In this document: positions 29,887 through 39,110 of the stretch, in pieces
How positions within the stretch are numbered: the stretch's first letter is position 1
Layout: every line of letters starts with the position of its first letter
DNA from: Rhodothermales bacterium
GTDB lineage: Bacteria; Bacteroidota; Rhodothermia; Rhodothermales; Bin80
Reading direction: 5' to 3'
NCBI GenBank assembly: GCA_965215475.1
Contig: OZ244061.1
Location: forward strand, 2,176,619 to 2,240,618
Length of the DNA stretch: 64,000 nt
The notes under the pieces: model-generated
The model's database searches: none
The model's input: only the letters and a program-made list of their open reading frames with translations
Told to the model about the DNA's origin: nothing
Translations under genes and position numbers: made by a program

Positions 29887-30627
29887 ATGAGTTCCCGTTT
29901 TTCTCAAATACTACGCCGGATTTTTTTGTCCAGAAAGCATCCCCGATGGAGGAAGTTGGAAGCGATTCTTGGGGTTCGGATTTACGACTTTTCCTTGTTT
30001 GAAAAGGCTCTCCGGCATCCCTCGGTCAATCGAAATCATGTGAACAGCTCCCTCCAATCCTATGAACGATTAGAATTTCTTGGTGACGCGGTACTAGGGG
30101 CGGTGGTTGCAGAGTACCTTTACAAGAAGTTTCCTGAGGAAATGGAAGGGTTTCTGACGGATATGCGATCCAAACTGGTGAGTGGAGATGCATGTGCATC
30201 AACGGCTCGAGACATGGGGTTAAGGCAATTTATAGAATTCAATCCCCAAATTGAAAAACGAGGAGGGTATGAAAGTGACTCCGTTATGGCGGACTGTTTT
30301 GAGTCCATCATTGGTGCAATTCATCTAGACCGTGGTATAACCCAATCTCGAAGATTTATTCATGAGCATATCCTGGAGAGAGTTGACTTGCAGGAACTGG
30401 TCACGGTAAATGACAACTATAAAAGCAGGCTCCAGGAATTTGTACAGTCCAAGGGGTGGCCGCAGCCAGAATACCTTGTTACGAACACGAGCGGCCCTCC
30501 ACATGATCTCATCTTCGCGATTGATGTTCACGTCAATGGGGCTTGTCTGGGTAAAGGGCAGGCAACCAGTAAAAAGAAAGCAGAACAACAAGCCGCTCAT
30601 CAGGCCTTGAAGTTCCTTTCCTCTTAG
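29887..30627 (+). CDS. rnc: ribonuclease III
   Basis: YERLEFLGDAVLGAVVAEYLY signature, ESIIGAIHLD, and a C-terminal dsRBD (NYKSRLQEFVQ...GKGQATSKKKAEQQAAHQAL). ATG at 29887; the tracked ORF starts at GTG 29875. Confidence 0.93.
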   Translation: MSSRFSQILRRIFLSRKHPRWRKLEAILGVRIYDFSLFEKALRHPSVNRNHVNSSLQSYERLEFLGDAVLGAVVAEYLYKKFPEEMEGFLTDMRSKLVSGDACASTARDMGLRQFIEFNPQIEKRGGYESDSVMADCFESIIGAIHLDRGITQSRRFIHEHILERVDLQELVTVNDNYKSRLQEFVQSKGWPQPEYLVTNTSGPPHDLIFAIDVHVNGACLGKGQATSKKKAEQQAAHQALKFLSS

Positions 30628-30688
30628 TCATTATGTAGCTGGAGAAAAAAACGTAGTCCATTATTTTTAAGAGACACACTGATTATCA

Positions 30689-33538
30689 ATGGAAACACAT
30701 CTACCGCACGCAGATCGTTTTGCCGCCCGCCATATCGGCCCATCAAAGAAAGAGGTTCAAGGCATGGTGGAAACTCTCGGTCTTGGTTCACTGGATGAGT
30801 TGATTCAGGAAACGATCCCTGAATCGATCCTGGATAACCGGCCTCTAGATGTGCCGGAGGCTCGTCCAGAACACGTTGTCATTTCTGATTTAAGAAGAAT
30901 TGGTCGCCGAAACAAGATTTTTCGTTCCTATATCGGGATGGGATATCATGACACGATTACCCCCCGGGCGATTCTCCGTTCGGTTCTCGAAAATCCATCA
31001 TGGTATACGCAGTATACTCCCTATCAAGCCGAAATTTCTCAGGGTCGCCTGGAAGCGCTTCTAAATTTTCAAACGGCTGTGATTGACCTTACCGGTATGG
31101 AGATTGCCAACGCCTCTTTATTGGATGAGGCGACCGCAGCGGCTGAGGCGATGATGATGTTCTTTCGCCTTGCGCGGAAACGGAAAAAGTTTTTGGTTTC
31201 CACTAATTGTCACCCCCAAACCATCAGTGTAGTGAAGGCAAGATCCATCCCTCTGGGGATCGACTTGGTTGTCACGGATCATACGTCTTTTGAATTTACT
31301 CCCGATGTATTTGGAGCTCTCGTTCAATATCCGGGTTCGGATGGAGTCATTGTCGACTACGAAGAGATGTGCAATGAAGCCCATCAGGGAGGTGCCTATA
31401 TTGCAGTGGCGGCTGATTTACTGAGTCTGGCCTTACTTCGTGCACCCGGACAATTTGGGGCGGATGCTGTGGTTGGTAATTCTCAGCGGTTTGGAGTCCC
31501 GCTCGGGTACGGAGGCCCGCATGCGGCCTTCTTCTCTACGAAAATGGCTTTCCGTCGCCAAGTCCCCGGCCGCATGATTGGAGTGACCGTAGATATGGAC
31601 GGTAAACCTGCATTACGGATGGCTTTGCAGATGCGAGAGCAACATATCAAGAGAGCCCGAGCAACAAGCAATATCTGCACCGCACAAGTTTTGCTCGCGG
31701 TCATGGCCGGATCTTACGCGGTTTTTCATGGAGCAGAGGGAATCAGAAATATTGCCCAGAATGTTCATATGTGGACGCTTGCGCTGGCGAAGGAATTGCA
31801 AAAACATGGTTATCACCTACGACATCAGGATTTTTTTGATACACTTTGCATTGAGAATCCACCGGATGATCTTCGAAAGAATGCAGAATCTCAGGGAATT
31901 AATCTTAGGTATCTTTCCGATGGGAGCATTTGTATCTCTTTGAATGAGACGACAACCAAGGAGCATATAAATTCGCTTCTTTCACTTTTTATTCCGGGGG
32001 CGACTGATGCTGGTGAACTGGTCGATTCTGTACCAGCATCGTATCAAGGCATTCTTCCCCGCGAGACCTCTTATTTAACTCATCCCATCTTCAGTCAGTA
32101 TCGCTCTGAGACAGAGTTGATGCGCTATCTTCACCGTCTTGCATCCCGGGACCTGTCCCTGACGACTAGCATGATTCCTCTCGGCTCCTGTACGATGAAG
32201 CTGAATGCAGCGGTGCAATTAGCTGCAGTGAGCTGGGCGGACTACAATGGTTTGCATCCATTTATTCCTCTTGATCAGGCTAGTGGCTATCAGGAAATCT
32301 TTTCGGATCTTGAGCAATGGCTGAGTGAGTTGACAGGATTTTCCGCCGTGTCTCTCCAGCCGAATTCAGGTGCGAGTGGAGAATATGCTGGACTTCTAGT
32401 CATTCAAGCTTATCTAGCCAGTAAAGGAGAAACACATCGAAATATATGTCTTGTTCCTGACTCGGCTCATGGTACAAATCCGGCAAGTGCTGTGATGGCG
32501 GGAATGAAGGTTGTAGTCGTAAAGACATTAAAAAGTGGAGATATTGATTTTGAGGATCTGAAAAAAAAGCTTTCACAGCATAGCGATCATCTGGCGGCAC
32601 TCATGATCACGTATCCAACAACATATGGGGTATTCGAAGAGCAAATTCGTGAAGTTTGCGACATAGTGCATGTGCATGGGGGGCAGGTGTATATGGATGG
32701 CGCCAACATGAACGCTCAGGTAGGTCTGTGCAAACCTGGAGATTTTGGAGCGGATGTGTGTCATTTGAATCTGCATAAAACTTTCGCGATCCCACATGGC
32801 GGAGGGGGACCTGGTGTGGGTCCTATTTGTGTTGCAGATCATCTTGCACCTTTTCTACCTGGGCATCCCCTCATCTCAACAGGCGGAGACCAAGCAATTG
32901 GCCCGGTTGCAGCGGCCCCCTACGGAAGTGCGAGTATCCTTTTGATCAGTTGGTCCTATATTGCACTTCTTGGTCCTAACGGACTTCGGCGTGCCTCGGA
33001 AGTGGCAATCCTCAACGCCAATTATCTGGCTCATCGTTTGTCGGAGCACTATGAGGTCTTGTTTCGCGGTCGGAATGGATATGTAGCCCATGAATTCATT
33101 CTTGATGTACGACCACTCAAACGTACAGCGGGGATTGATGCAGTAGACATTGCGAAACGCCTGATGGATTATGGGTACCATGCGCCGACGATGTCCTGGC
33201 CTGTTGCAGGCACGATGATGATTGAACCTACAGAAAGCGAATCCAAAGCAGAACTTGATCGTTTCTGTGAGGCAATGATTGCGATCCGCGCGGAAATAAA
33301 AGAAATCGAAGAAGGAGCTCAGGATGAAAAGCGTAACATTTTGAAACAGGCACCGCATACTACAGCATTGGTGTGTTCAGATGAATACGATCTTCCATAT
33401 ACGAGAACACAGGCAGCATTCCCAGCTCCTTGGACCAGAGAGCATAAATTTTGGCCTACAGTTCGTAGAATTGATGAAGCATATGGGGATCGAAATTTGG
33501 TTTGTTCATGTCCCCCGATAGAAGAATATCAATCCTGA
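30689..33538 (+). CDS. gcvP: glycine dehydrogenase (aminomethyl-transferring), single-chain P-protein
   Basis: 949 aa. FAARHIGP..., [12 protein letters not shown]...[26 protein letters not shown], and the PLP-lysine region [16 protein letters not shown]. Confidence 0.95.
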   Translation: METHLPHADRFAARHIGPSKKEVQGMVETLGLGSLDELIQETIPESILDNRPLDVPEARPEHVVISDLRRIGRRNKIFRSYIGMGYHDTITPRAILRSVLENPSWYTQYTPYQAEISQGRLEALLNFQTAVIDLTGMEIANASLLDEATAAAEAMMMFFRLARKRKKFLVSTNCHPQTISVVKARSIPLGIDLVVTDHTSFEFTPDVFGALVQYPGSDGVIVDYEEMCNEAHQGGAYIAVAADLLSLALLRAPGQFGADAVVGNSQRFGVPLGYGGPHAAFFSTKMAFRRQVPGRMIGVTVDMDGKPALRMALQMREQHIKRARATSNICTAQVLLAVMAGSYAVFHGAEGIRNIAQNVHMWTLALAKELQKHGYHLRHQDFFDTLCIENPPDDLRKNAESQGINLRYLSDGSICISLNETTTKEHINSLLSLFIPGATDAGELVDSVPASYQGILPRETSYLTHPIFSQYRSETELMRYLHRLASRDLSLTTSMIPLGSCTMKLNAAVQLAAVSWADYNGLHPFIPLDQASGYQEIFSDLEQWLSELTGFSAVSLQPNSGASGEYAGLLVIQAYLASKGETHRNICLVPDSAHGTNPASAVMAGMKVVVVKTLKSGDIDFEDLKKKLSQHSDHLAALMITYPTTYGVFEEQIREVCDIVHVHGGQVYMDGANMNAQVGLCKPGDFGADVCHLNLHKTFAIPHGGGGPGVGPICVADHLAPFLPGHPLISTGGDQAIGPVAAAPYGSASILLISWSYIALLGPNGLRRASEVAILNANYLAHRLSEHYEVLFRGRNGYVAHEFILDVRPLKRTAGIDAVDIAKRLMDYGYHAPTMSWPVAGTMMIEPTESESKAELDRFCEAMIAIRAEIKEIEEGAQDEKRNILKQAPHTTALVCSDEYDLPYTRTQAAFPAPWTREHKFWPTVRRIDEAYGDRNLVCSCPPIEEYQS

Positions 33539-33542
33539 ATTT

Positions 33543-34883
33543 ATGGCGCACGACATTTTCGAACGTATAGGAAAATCTATTGAGTTACGTTTAGCCGCGA
33601 TCGCTCTGATCACATTGATCTTGATGATCCCTCTTGCCATTGTGGGGGAGCTCATCAATGATCGCAGCGAGCGGCGTGATGAAACACTATCCAATACAGG
33701 GAACGAATGGAGTGGAAAACAGACCCTCCTGGGGCCTGTGATGGTTGTTCCGTATTCTAGTTCCGAATACGTTAGTGGTACATTGGGGGAATCTCCGGGA
33801 ACCGTACGTTATGCGTTTTTTCTTCCAAATACACTCACGATTACGGGCACGGTTGAACCAGAAATCCGGTACCGGGGGATCTATCAGACGATCCTATATT
33901 CTGCAGATCTTACCATCAGTGGAAGCTTCCCGGAAGCAGACTTTAGCCGGTGGTTGATTAACGAAGAGGATATTCGGTGGCAGGAGGCCTTTATTGCATT
34001 TGGGATCACAGATATGCGAGGGATCAAGGACGAGATTCTCGTTAACTGGGCGGATACATCGTTGACCTTTGTTTCAGGGATGCAGGAAGCAAGCATATTG
34101 GCACCGGCAGGAGTCCGTACTTCCGTGGTCGCAAATGAGCCTGGCGAGTTCCAATTCAATCTTGGACTTGATGGGAACGATGAGTTGATGTTCATTCCTG
34201 TGGGCAAAACGACACGGATTGACCTTTCCTCCTCATGGCCCTCGCCCAGCTTCCGTGGGGCTTTTCTTCCGGATGAGCGAACGATTACAGAAGATGGTTT
34301 TTCTGCCAGTTGGCAGGTTCTGGATTTAAACCGGGCATTTGGGCAGTCGTGGCGTGGGGAAAGCGAAGACTTATTATTAGAATCTTCTGCGTTCGGCGTT
34401 TCACTCTATCCTCCGGTGGATCAATACCGCAAAACGCAGCGATCGACTCGTTATGGATTCTTGCTGATTGGTCTGACGTTACTGGCGTTCTTTTTGACGG
34501 AGATGCGGATCGGTCTGCGGGCACACTCCTTCCAGTATATATTAGTGGGATTGGATCTTTGTTTGTTCTTTTTAATGCTCCTTTCGCTTGGAGAGCACAT
34601 GTCATTCAATCTTGCCTACATCCTTTCCGGCATTGCAACGATCGGGCTCGCGGCCTTCTATGCCGGGGCAATGTATCGATCCCGTGGCGTTGGTTTGTTG
34701 ACGGCAGGCATCTTGGCTATTTTGTACACGTTTATTTTCCTGCTCTTGCAACTACAGGGCTACGCCCTTCTAGCTGGCAGCATTGGTCTTTACCTGCTTT
34801 TGGCACCTACGATGTATTTGACGCGCAATTTTTCAAATCTATCGGCATTATCCCGTTCAAAAAAGAGTAGCGATCCAGAGTGA
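33543..34883 (+). CDS. creD: cell-envelope integrity inner-membrane protein CreD
   Basis: 446 aa: an N-terminal TM, ELINDRSERRDETLSNTGNEWSGKQTLLGPVMVVPY, a large periplasmic part, and five C-terminal TM helices (YGFLLIGLTLLAFFL...). The family layout matches CreD. Confidence 0.8.
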   Translation: MAHDIFERIGKSIELRLAAIALITLILMIPLAIVGELINDRSERRDETLSNTGNEWSGKQTLLGPVMVVPYSSSEYVSGTLGESPGTVRYAFFLPNTLTITGTVEPEIRYRGIYQTILYSADLTISGSFPEADFSRWLINEEDIRWQEAFIAFGITDMRGIKDEILVNWADTSLTFVSGMQEASILAPAGVRTSVVANEPGEFQFNLGLDGNDELMFIPVGKTTRIDLSSSWPSPSFRGAFLPDERTITEDGFSASWQVLDLNRAFGQSWRGESEDLLLESSAFGVSLYPPVDQYRKTQRSTRYGFLLIGLTLLAFFLTEMRIGLRAHSFQYILVGLDLCLFFLMLLSLGEHMSFNLAYILSGIATIGLAAFYAGAMYRSRGVGLLTAGILAILYTFIFLLLQLQGYALLAGSIGLYLLLAPTMYLTRNFSNLSALSRSKKSSDPE

Positions 34884-34908
34884 TCCTTGCGCATGACGGA
34901 AAACTCTG
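34635..34908. repeat. direct repeat copy 1 (274 bp; creD 3' end plus 25 bp downstream)
   Basis: Base-by-base comparison with 37155-37428 (offset 2520) shows 6 mismatches in 274 bp. Confidence 0.97.
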
Positions 34909-35257
34909 CATCCTGTGAGGGATGCAAATAAAGTATGTGTGGAGTGATCAAGAGAGTGAAAGATGATGAAAAAAACTAGAAGTATTTTGTTTTGACGTGA
35001 TCATTGAAAAGAAAGAGGATTGGGGGAAAAGTTGAGAGTTTTGCGTCTCAGGGATGATGAAGAAGGCAACGAATCGCCGGCAAAGGCATGGAAGATATTC
35101 CGGAACGGTTTATCTTTTGAAGAACACAAGCGCGTTTTGTACGTGTGATTTACATCGGATCATCGCCGATCAACCCCCTAGGAGTAAACAACCGGTTCCC
35201 TGCGACCTGAACGCCCCAGAGGCTACCATTTATGCAAGTAAAAAACGGCAACCAATC

Positions 35258-36610
35258 ATGAACTTCCAATCACGAACTATTCTCGTCGGACTCCTCCTGA
35301 TGCTCCCCGTATTGGGAGAGATCAACGCCCAAAGCCAAGACATAGAAGAACTTCAACAGCAAGCCAACGAGGGAAATCTTGAAGCCCAGTTTGAACTCGG
35401 AGCCCTTTACTTCAATGGAGATGGCGTCGAACAAGATTACACGCAGGCAGCTCACTGGTACAGGAAGGCTGCGGAACAGGGACACACAGGCGGGCAATTC
35501 AATCTCGGACTCCTTTACTTCAATGGATATGGCGTCGAACAAGATTACACGCAGGCAGCTCACTGGCTCAGGAAGGCTGCGGAACAGGGACACACAGGCG
35601 GGCAATTCAATCTCGGACTCCTTTACTTCAATGGATATGGCGTCGAACAAGATTACACGCAGGCAGCTCACTGGTGCAGGAAGGCTGCGGAACAGGGACA
35701 CACAGGCGGGCAATTCATTCTCGGATTCCTTTACTTCAATGGAGATGGCGTCGAACAAGATTACACGCAGGCAGCTCACTGGCTCAGGAAGGCTGCGGAA
35801 CAGGGATACGCAGATGGGCAATACAATCTCGGACTCCTTTACTTCAATGGAGATGGCGTCGAACAAGATTACACGCAGGCAGCTCACTGGTACAGGAAGG
35901 CTGCGGAACAGGGAGACGCAGATGGGCAATTCCGTCTCGGAGTCCTTTACTTCGGTGGAGATGGCGTCGAACAAGATTACACGCAGGCAGCTCACTGGTA
36001 CAGGAAGGCTGCGGAACAGGGACACACAGGCGGGCAAGTCAGTCTCGGATTCCTTTACTTGAATGGAGATGGCGTCGAACAAGATTACACGCAGGCAGCT
36101 CACTGGTACAGGAAGGCTGCGGAACAGGGACACACAGGCGGGCAAGTCATTCTCGGACTCCTTTACGACAATGGAGATGGCGTCGAACAAGATTACACGC
36201 AGGCAGCCCACTGGTGCAGGAAGGCTGCGGAACAGGGACACACAGGCGGGCAATTCAATCTCGGATTCCTTTACTTGAATGGAGATGGCGTCGAACAAGA
36301 TTACACGCAGGCAGCTCACTGGTACAGGAAGGCTGCGGAACAGGGAGACGCACATGGGCAAGTCATTCTCGGACTCCTTTACGTCAATGGACAGGGCGTC
36401 GAACAAGATTACGCGCAGGCCTACGTATGGTTAATCATTGCCAAGGCTAATGGTGGGCTAACGGAAGAAATGACCGAATCCCTTGAAGAAGAAATCACCA
36501 GTCTACGTGGCATACTCACCCCCGTGCAGATCAATCAAGCTCAAAAGCGAGCGTCCCAACTCTACGAAGTAATTCAGACGCGCATTGCAAACAGCGACTC
36601 AGCGAACTAA
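35258..36610 (+). CDS. secreted Sel1-like repeat (SLR/TPR-like) protein
   Basis: Signal peptide MNFQSRTILVGLLLMLPVLGEINAQ, then about 10 consecutive 36-aa units GDGVEQDYTQAAHWYRKAAEQGHTGGQFNLGLLYFN (Sel1 consensus). The tracked ORF starts upstream at 35054, but ATG 35258 precedes the signal peptide. Confidence 0.88.
   Translation: MNFQSRTILVGLLLMLPVLGEINAQSQDIEELQQQANEGNLEAQFELGALYFNGDGVEQDYTQAAHWYRKAAEQGHTGGQFNLGLLYFNGYGVEQDYTQAAHWLRKAAEQGHTGGQFNLGLLYFNGYGVEQDYTQAAHWCRKAAEQGHTGGQFILGFLYFNGDGVEQDYTQAAHWLRKAAEQGYADGQYNLGLLYFNGDGVEQDYTQAAHWYRKAAEQGDADGQFRLGVLYFGGDGVEQDYTQAAHWYRKAAEQGHTGGQVSLGFLYLNGDGVEQDYTQAAHWYRKAAEQGHTGGQVILGLLYDNGDGVEQDYTQAAHWCRKAAEQGHTGGQFNLGFLYLNGDGVEQDYTQAAHWYRKAAEQGDAHGQVILGLLYVNGQGVEQDYAQAYVWLIIAKANGGLTEEMTESLEEEITSLRGILTPVQINQAQKRASQLYEVIQTRIANSDSAN
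35417..36388 (+). repeat. tandem array: nine near-identical 108-bp units (coding Sel1 repeats)
   Basis: Unit starts (GGA GAT/TAT GGC GTC GAA CAA GAT TAC) are read at 35417, 35525, 35633 ... 36281, exactly 108 bp apart, with partial or diverged units on both flanks. Confidence 0.95.
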
Positions 36611-36698
36611 TCCAGTAGAGACGCGCCCTCTGCACATCCATTCCAGTATATATTATCCTGCATTTCCATCACATAACATGGGATAACATTTAGGCGGA

Positions 36699-37154
36699 CT
36701 AAACTTTGAGGAGTTTATTACCGAGCCATGGTATCGGCTGTTCCGTTTTATAGTAGTCAGCACGAATAAAGAGTGGGTTGCACGCTCGCCTGGCAACGTC
36801 ACCCGGATTTCTTTTTCGGTAATCTGGATCCTTGCTCGTTTTGGGATTAATTCTCGGAACAGGGTGCGGGTTTCTACAGCGCCCTATCGCTCCTCGACTC
36901 GAATCACAAGGAGTCGATACAAAAAACGGGCAATGACCGTACGCTGTACCTCGACATGAATTTTCATCTGGACTGCCGAACTGAGTCATCCATGTGGAAG
37001 AAGCCAATTGTATCACTGATCACATTTTCAATAACCATGTGACGGGCATATCGGTCGATGAGGGTGGATACCGCTGCCTTGGTGAGTAGGAAGATGATAT
37101 GATCTTGTCCGAGCCCCTGAACTGCAATTTGACGAACAGATCTCGGATACTCAC
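36699..37154 (-). pseudogene. C-terminal fragment of a DDE transposase (IS4-like), frameshifted and 5'-truncated
   Basis: Own translation of the minus strand gives ...IIFLLTKAAVSTLIDRYARHMVIENVISDTIGFFHMD, then a shift to LSSAVQMKIHVEVQRTVIARFLYRLLV, then further shifts to ITEKEIRVTLP and RRACNPLFIRADYYKTEQPIPWLGNKLLKV*. This resembles transposase C-termini with Y..R...IEN...FFH.D.LSS motifs (from memory). The fragment ends exactly at the DR2 junction. Confidence 0.5.
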
Positions 37155-37428
37155 GCAACGATCGGACTCGCGGCCTTCTATGCCGGGGCAATGTATCGAT
37201 CCCGTGGCGTTGGTTTGTTGACGGCAGGCATCTTGGCTATTTTGTACACGTTTATTTTCCTGCTCTTGCAACTACAGGGCTACGCCCTTCTAGCCGGCAG
37301 CATTGGTCTCTACCTGCTTTTGGCACCTACGATGTATTTGACGCGCAATTTTTCAAATCTATCGGCATTATCCCGTTCAAAAAAGAGCAGCGATCCAGAG
37401 TGATCATTGCGCATGACGGAAAACCCTG
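37155..37428. repeat. direct repeat copy 2 (274 bp; orphan creD 3' fragment)
   Basis: See copy 1. It encodes the last 82 codons of CreD, and every one of them matches the creD copy at the amino-acid level. The tracked 70-aa ORF 37191-37403 is this fragment. Confidence 0.97.
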
Positions 37429-37457
37429 TGGGGAATTGAAGCCTATTCGGCTATGAT

Positions 37458-38624
37458 TTATTCGGGTATCATATCTTTCCAAGGGAGGATGTCAATATCT
37501 TTTCTGCGCTGCGGCTCATCACCTCCATAGACGACTGTTGCAGAGCACTCAAAAGAGGTTTTGTCAAAATGCTTCCGTACCCGGCGGAGGTTCGTCAGTA
37601 GATTTGAGGAGGCGGTTGCCGTTGATTTGGCTTCGATCAGTTGAAGATGGGAGGGAGTCTCAATGATGAGATCTACTTCTGCTCCATTTTGATCCCGATA
37701 AAAGGACAGTGCTCTTGTTGTTTCTCCGAGATTTGTTTGATGTTTGACAAATTCCGAGACCATCCAGGTTTCAAAGATGGCGCCGCGAAGGGGATGGGTA
37801 CGCAGCTGCTCGGGGGATCGAATCCCCAATAGCCAACAAACCAGTCCGGTATCGTAGAAGTGGATTTTGGGCATTTTCACCAGTCTCTTGCGCAGATTTA
37901 CATGAAAGCTTTTCAAAGGAAAGGCAATAAAACTCGCTTCAAGGACACTGAGCCAAGCCTTCGCAGTTGGCTGAGAAATTCCACAATCTCCAGCGATCGA
38001 TGAGAAATTGAGTAGCTGAGCCGTTCTTCCAGCACACAGTTCAACGAAACGCTGAAATCTGGAAAGGTCCCCAATATTGCTGATCATTCTTACATCCCGC
38101 TCAACATAGGTGTTCACATAGTTTCGCAGCCAATCGGTAGGCTTTAAACCTGAATCAAAGATTCGTGGATAAGAGCCAAAAAAAAGGGCTTCTTCCAGGG
38201 TCTGAGGATGCTGAGGGAAGCTTGAAATTTCTCGCCAAGTCAGCGGAAGCAAGTTGAAAATTGCGGTTCTCCCCGCAAGGGACTGACTGACAGATCCGGA
38301 TAAGAGAATGTTTTGTGAGCCGGTAATGATCCACTTTGCGGGATCAGGGGCTTTATCAACGATCTCTTGTAAATACGAGAGCAGATCTGGAGTCCGCTGG
38401 ATCTCATCAATGATCGCTCCTTGAGGAAACTGTGCAAGGAATCCGCGAGGATCTTCCAAAGCAAAAGCTCGATGATCTGGAGCTTCCAGGTTGATGTAGG
38501 CATGATCACAAAACACGGCTTGGCACAAAGTGGTCTTGCCACTTTGCCGGGGACCTGTGATGGTAATCACGGGAAACGCTTCGGCAGCATCCTTTATTTT
38601 TTGTGTTATTTCACGTGGGACCAT
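37458..38624 (-). CDS. AAA-family ATPase with DUF4143-type C-terminal domain (COG1373-like)
   Basis: VITITGPRQSGKTTL Walker A, IIDEIQ Walker B, and C-terminal GAIFETWMVSEFVKH, typical of the AAA_14 + DUF4143 architecture. Confidence 0.78.
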   Translation of the reverse strand: MVPREITQKIKDAAEAFPVITITGPRQSGKTTLCQAVFCDHAYINLEAPDHRAFALEDPRGFLAQFPQGAIIDEIQRTPDLLSYLQEIVDKAPDPAKWIITGSQNILLSGSVSQSLAGRTAIFNLLPLTWREISSFPQHPQTLEEALFFGSYPRIFDSGLKPTDWLRNYVNTYVERDVRMISNIGDLSRFQRFVELCAGRTAQLLNFSSIAGDCGISQPTAKAWLSVLEASFIAFPLKSFHVNLRKRLVKMPKIHFYDTGLVCWLLGIRSPEQLRTHPLRGAIFETWMVSEFVKHQTNLGETTRALSFYRDQNGAEVDLIIETPSHLQLIEAKSTATASSNLLTNLRRVRKHFDKTSFECSATVVYGGDEPQRRKDIDILPWKDMIPE

Positions 38625-38755
38625 TTTAAGGATAAATAAAGATAAAATCTTGAATCATCCTAAATATAATGCTTTTACCTCATTTGAAACTTGCAAAGGC
38701 AAATGAGAATTTCACAGGAATGAAACCTTTTGACAAAAAATATGTCAAAAGGAAT

Positions 38756-39103
38756 ATGACCATGCAAGAACTTACCAAAGTGACGGGATGCACCGCCCGT
38801 CAGGTGCGTTATCTGATTGCCGAAGGCTTCGTACCGCCGCCGACAGGAGGGAGGGCTAATGCGGTATACGGGGAGGTTCATATATCGGCGATTGAGCAGT
38901 ATCAATATCTGCGTACAGCAGGGTTTTCTCCGGCCTCAATCCGGTTATTGATGGAGGCCCAAACAGGGGTACCATTCCAAATAATTCCAGGTGTATCACT
39001 CATGATTAACGCAAATCTGATTGCCGAGCAAGTCTCCATGGATGAGTTGGAGGAGCAAATCAAATCAGTACTGAAGCAAATTTTTTCTAAACAAGACAAA
39101 TAG
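38756..39103 (+). CDS. MerR-like HTH protein
   Basis: MTMQELTKVTGCTARQVRYLIAEGFVPPP...YGEVHISAIEQYQYLRTAGFSPASIRLL fits a MerR-type HTH plus wing. The tracked ORF starts at 38669; I prefer the Met at 38756. The stop lies 8 nt before the vWA gene. Confidence 0.6.
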   Translation: MTMQELTKVTGCTARQVRYLIAEGFVPPPTGGRANAVYGEVHISAIEQYQYLRTAGFSPASIRLLMEAQTGVPFQIIPGVSLMINANLIAEQVSMDELEEQIKSVLKQIFSKQDK

Positions 39104-39110
39104 AATTCCA

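Noticed and set aside
30628-30688. Possible glycine riboswitch upstream of gcvP.
   Set aside because: The intergenic spacer is only 61 nt, too short for even a single glycine aptamer plus expression platform, and I saw no conserved aptamer core.
35417-36388. Regular tandem repeats that might be mistaken for a CRISPR array.
   Set aside because: The units are contiguous with no unique spacers, the period is 108 bp, and they lie in frame inside a Sel1-repeat protein. No cas genes are present in the window.
35270-36450. Long alternative-frame ORFs across the Sel1 array (35270-36406 minus, 35379-36062, 35674-36450, 36063-36278).
   Set aside because: They are shadow ORFs created because the 108-bp repeat is stop-free in several frames. 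Their products are low-complexity periodic sequences. Only the frame with a signal peptide and the Sel1 consensus is credible.
37191-37403. 70-aa ORF identical to the CreD C-terminus, as an independent gene.
   Set aside because: It is the orphan copy of the creD 3' repeat and lacks the preceding 360+ codons. It is treated as a gene fragment.
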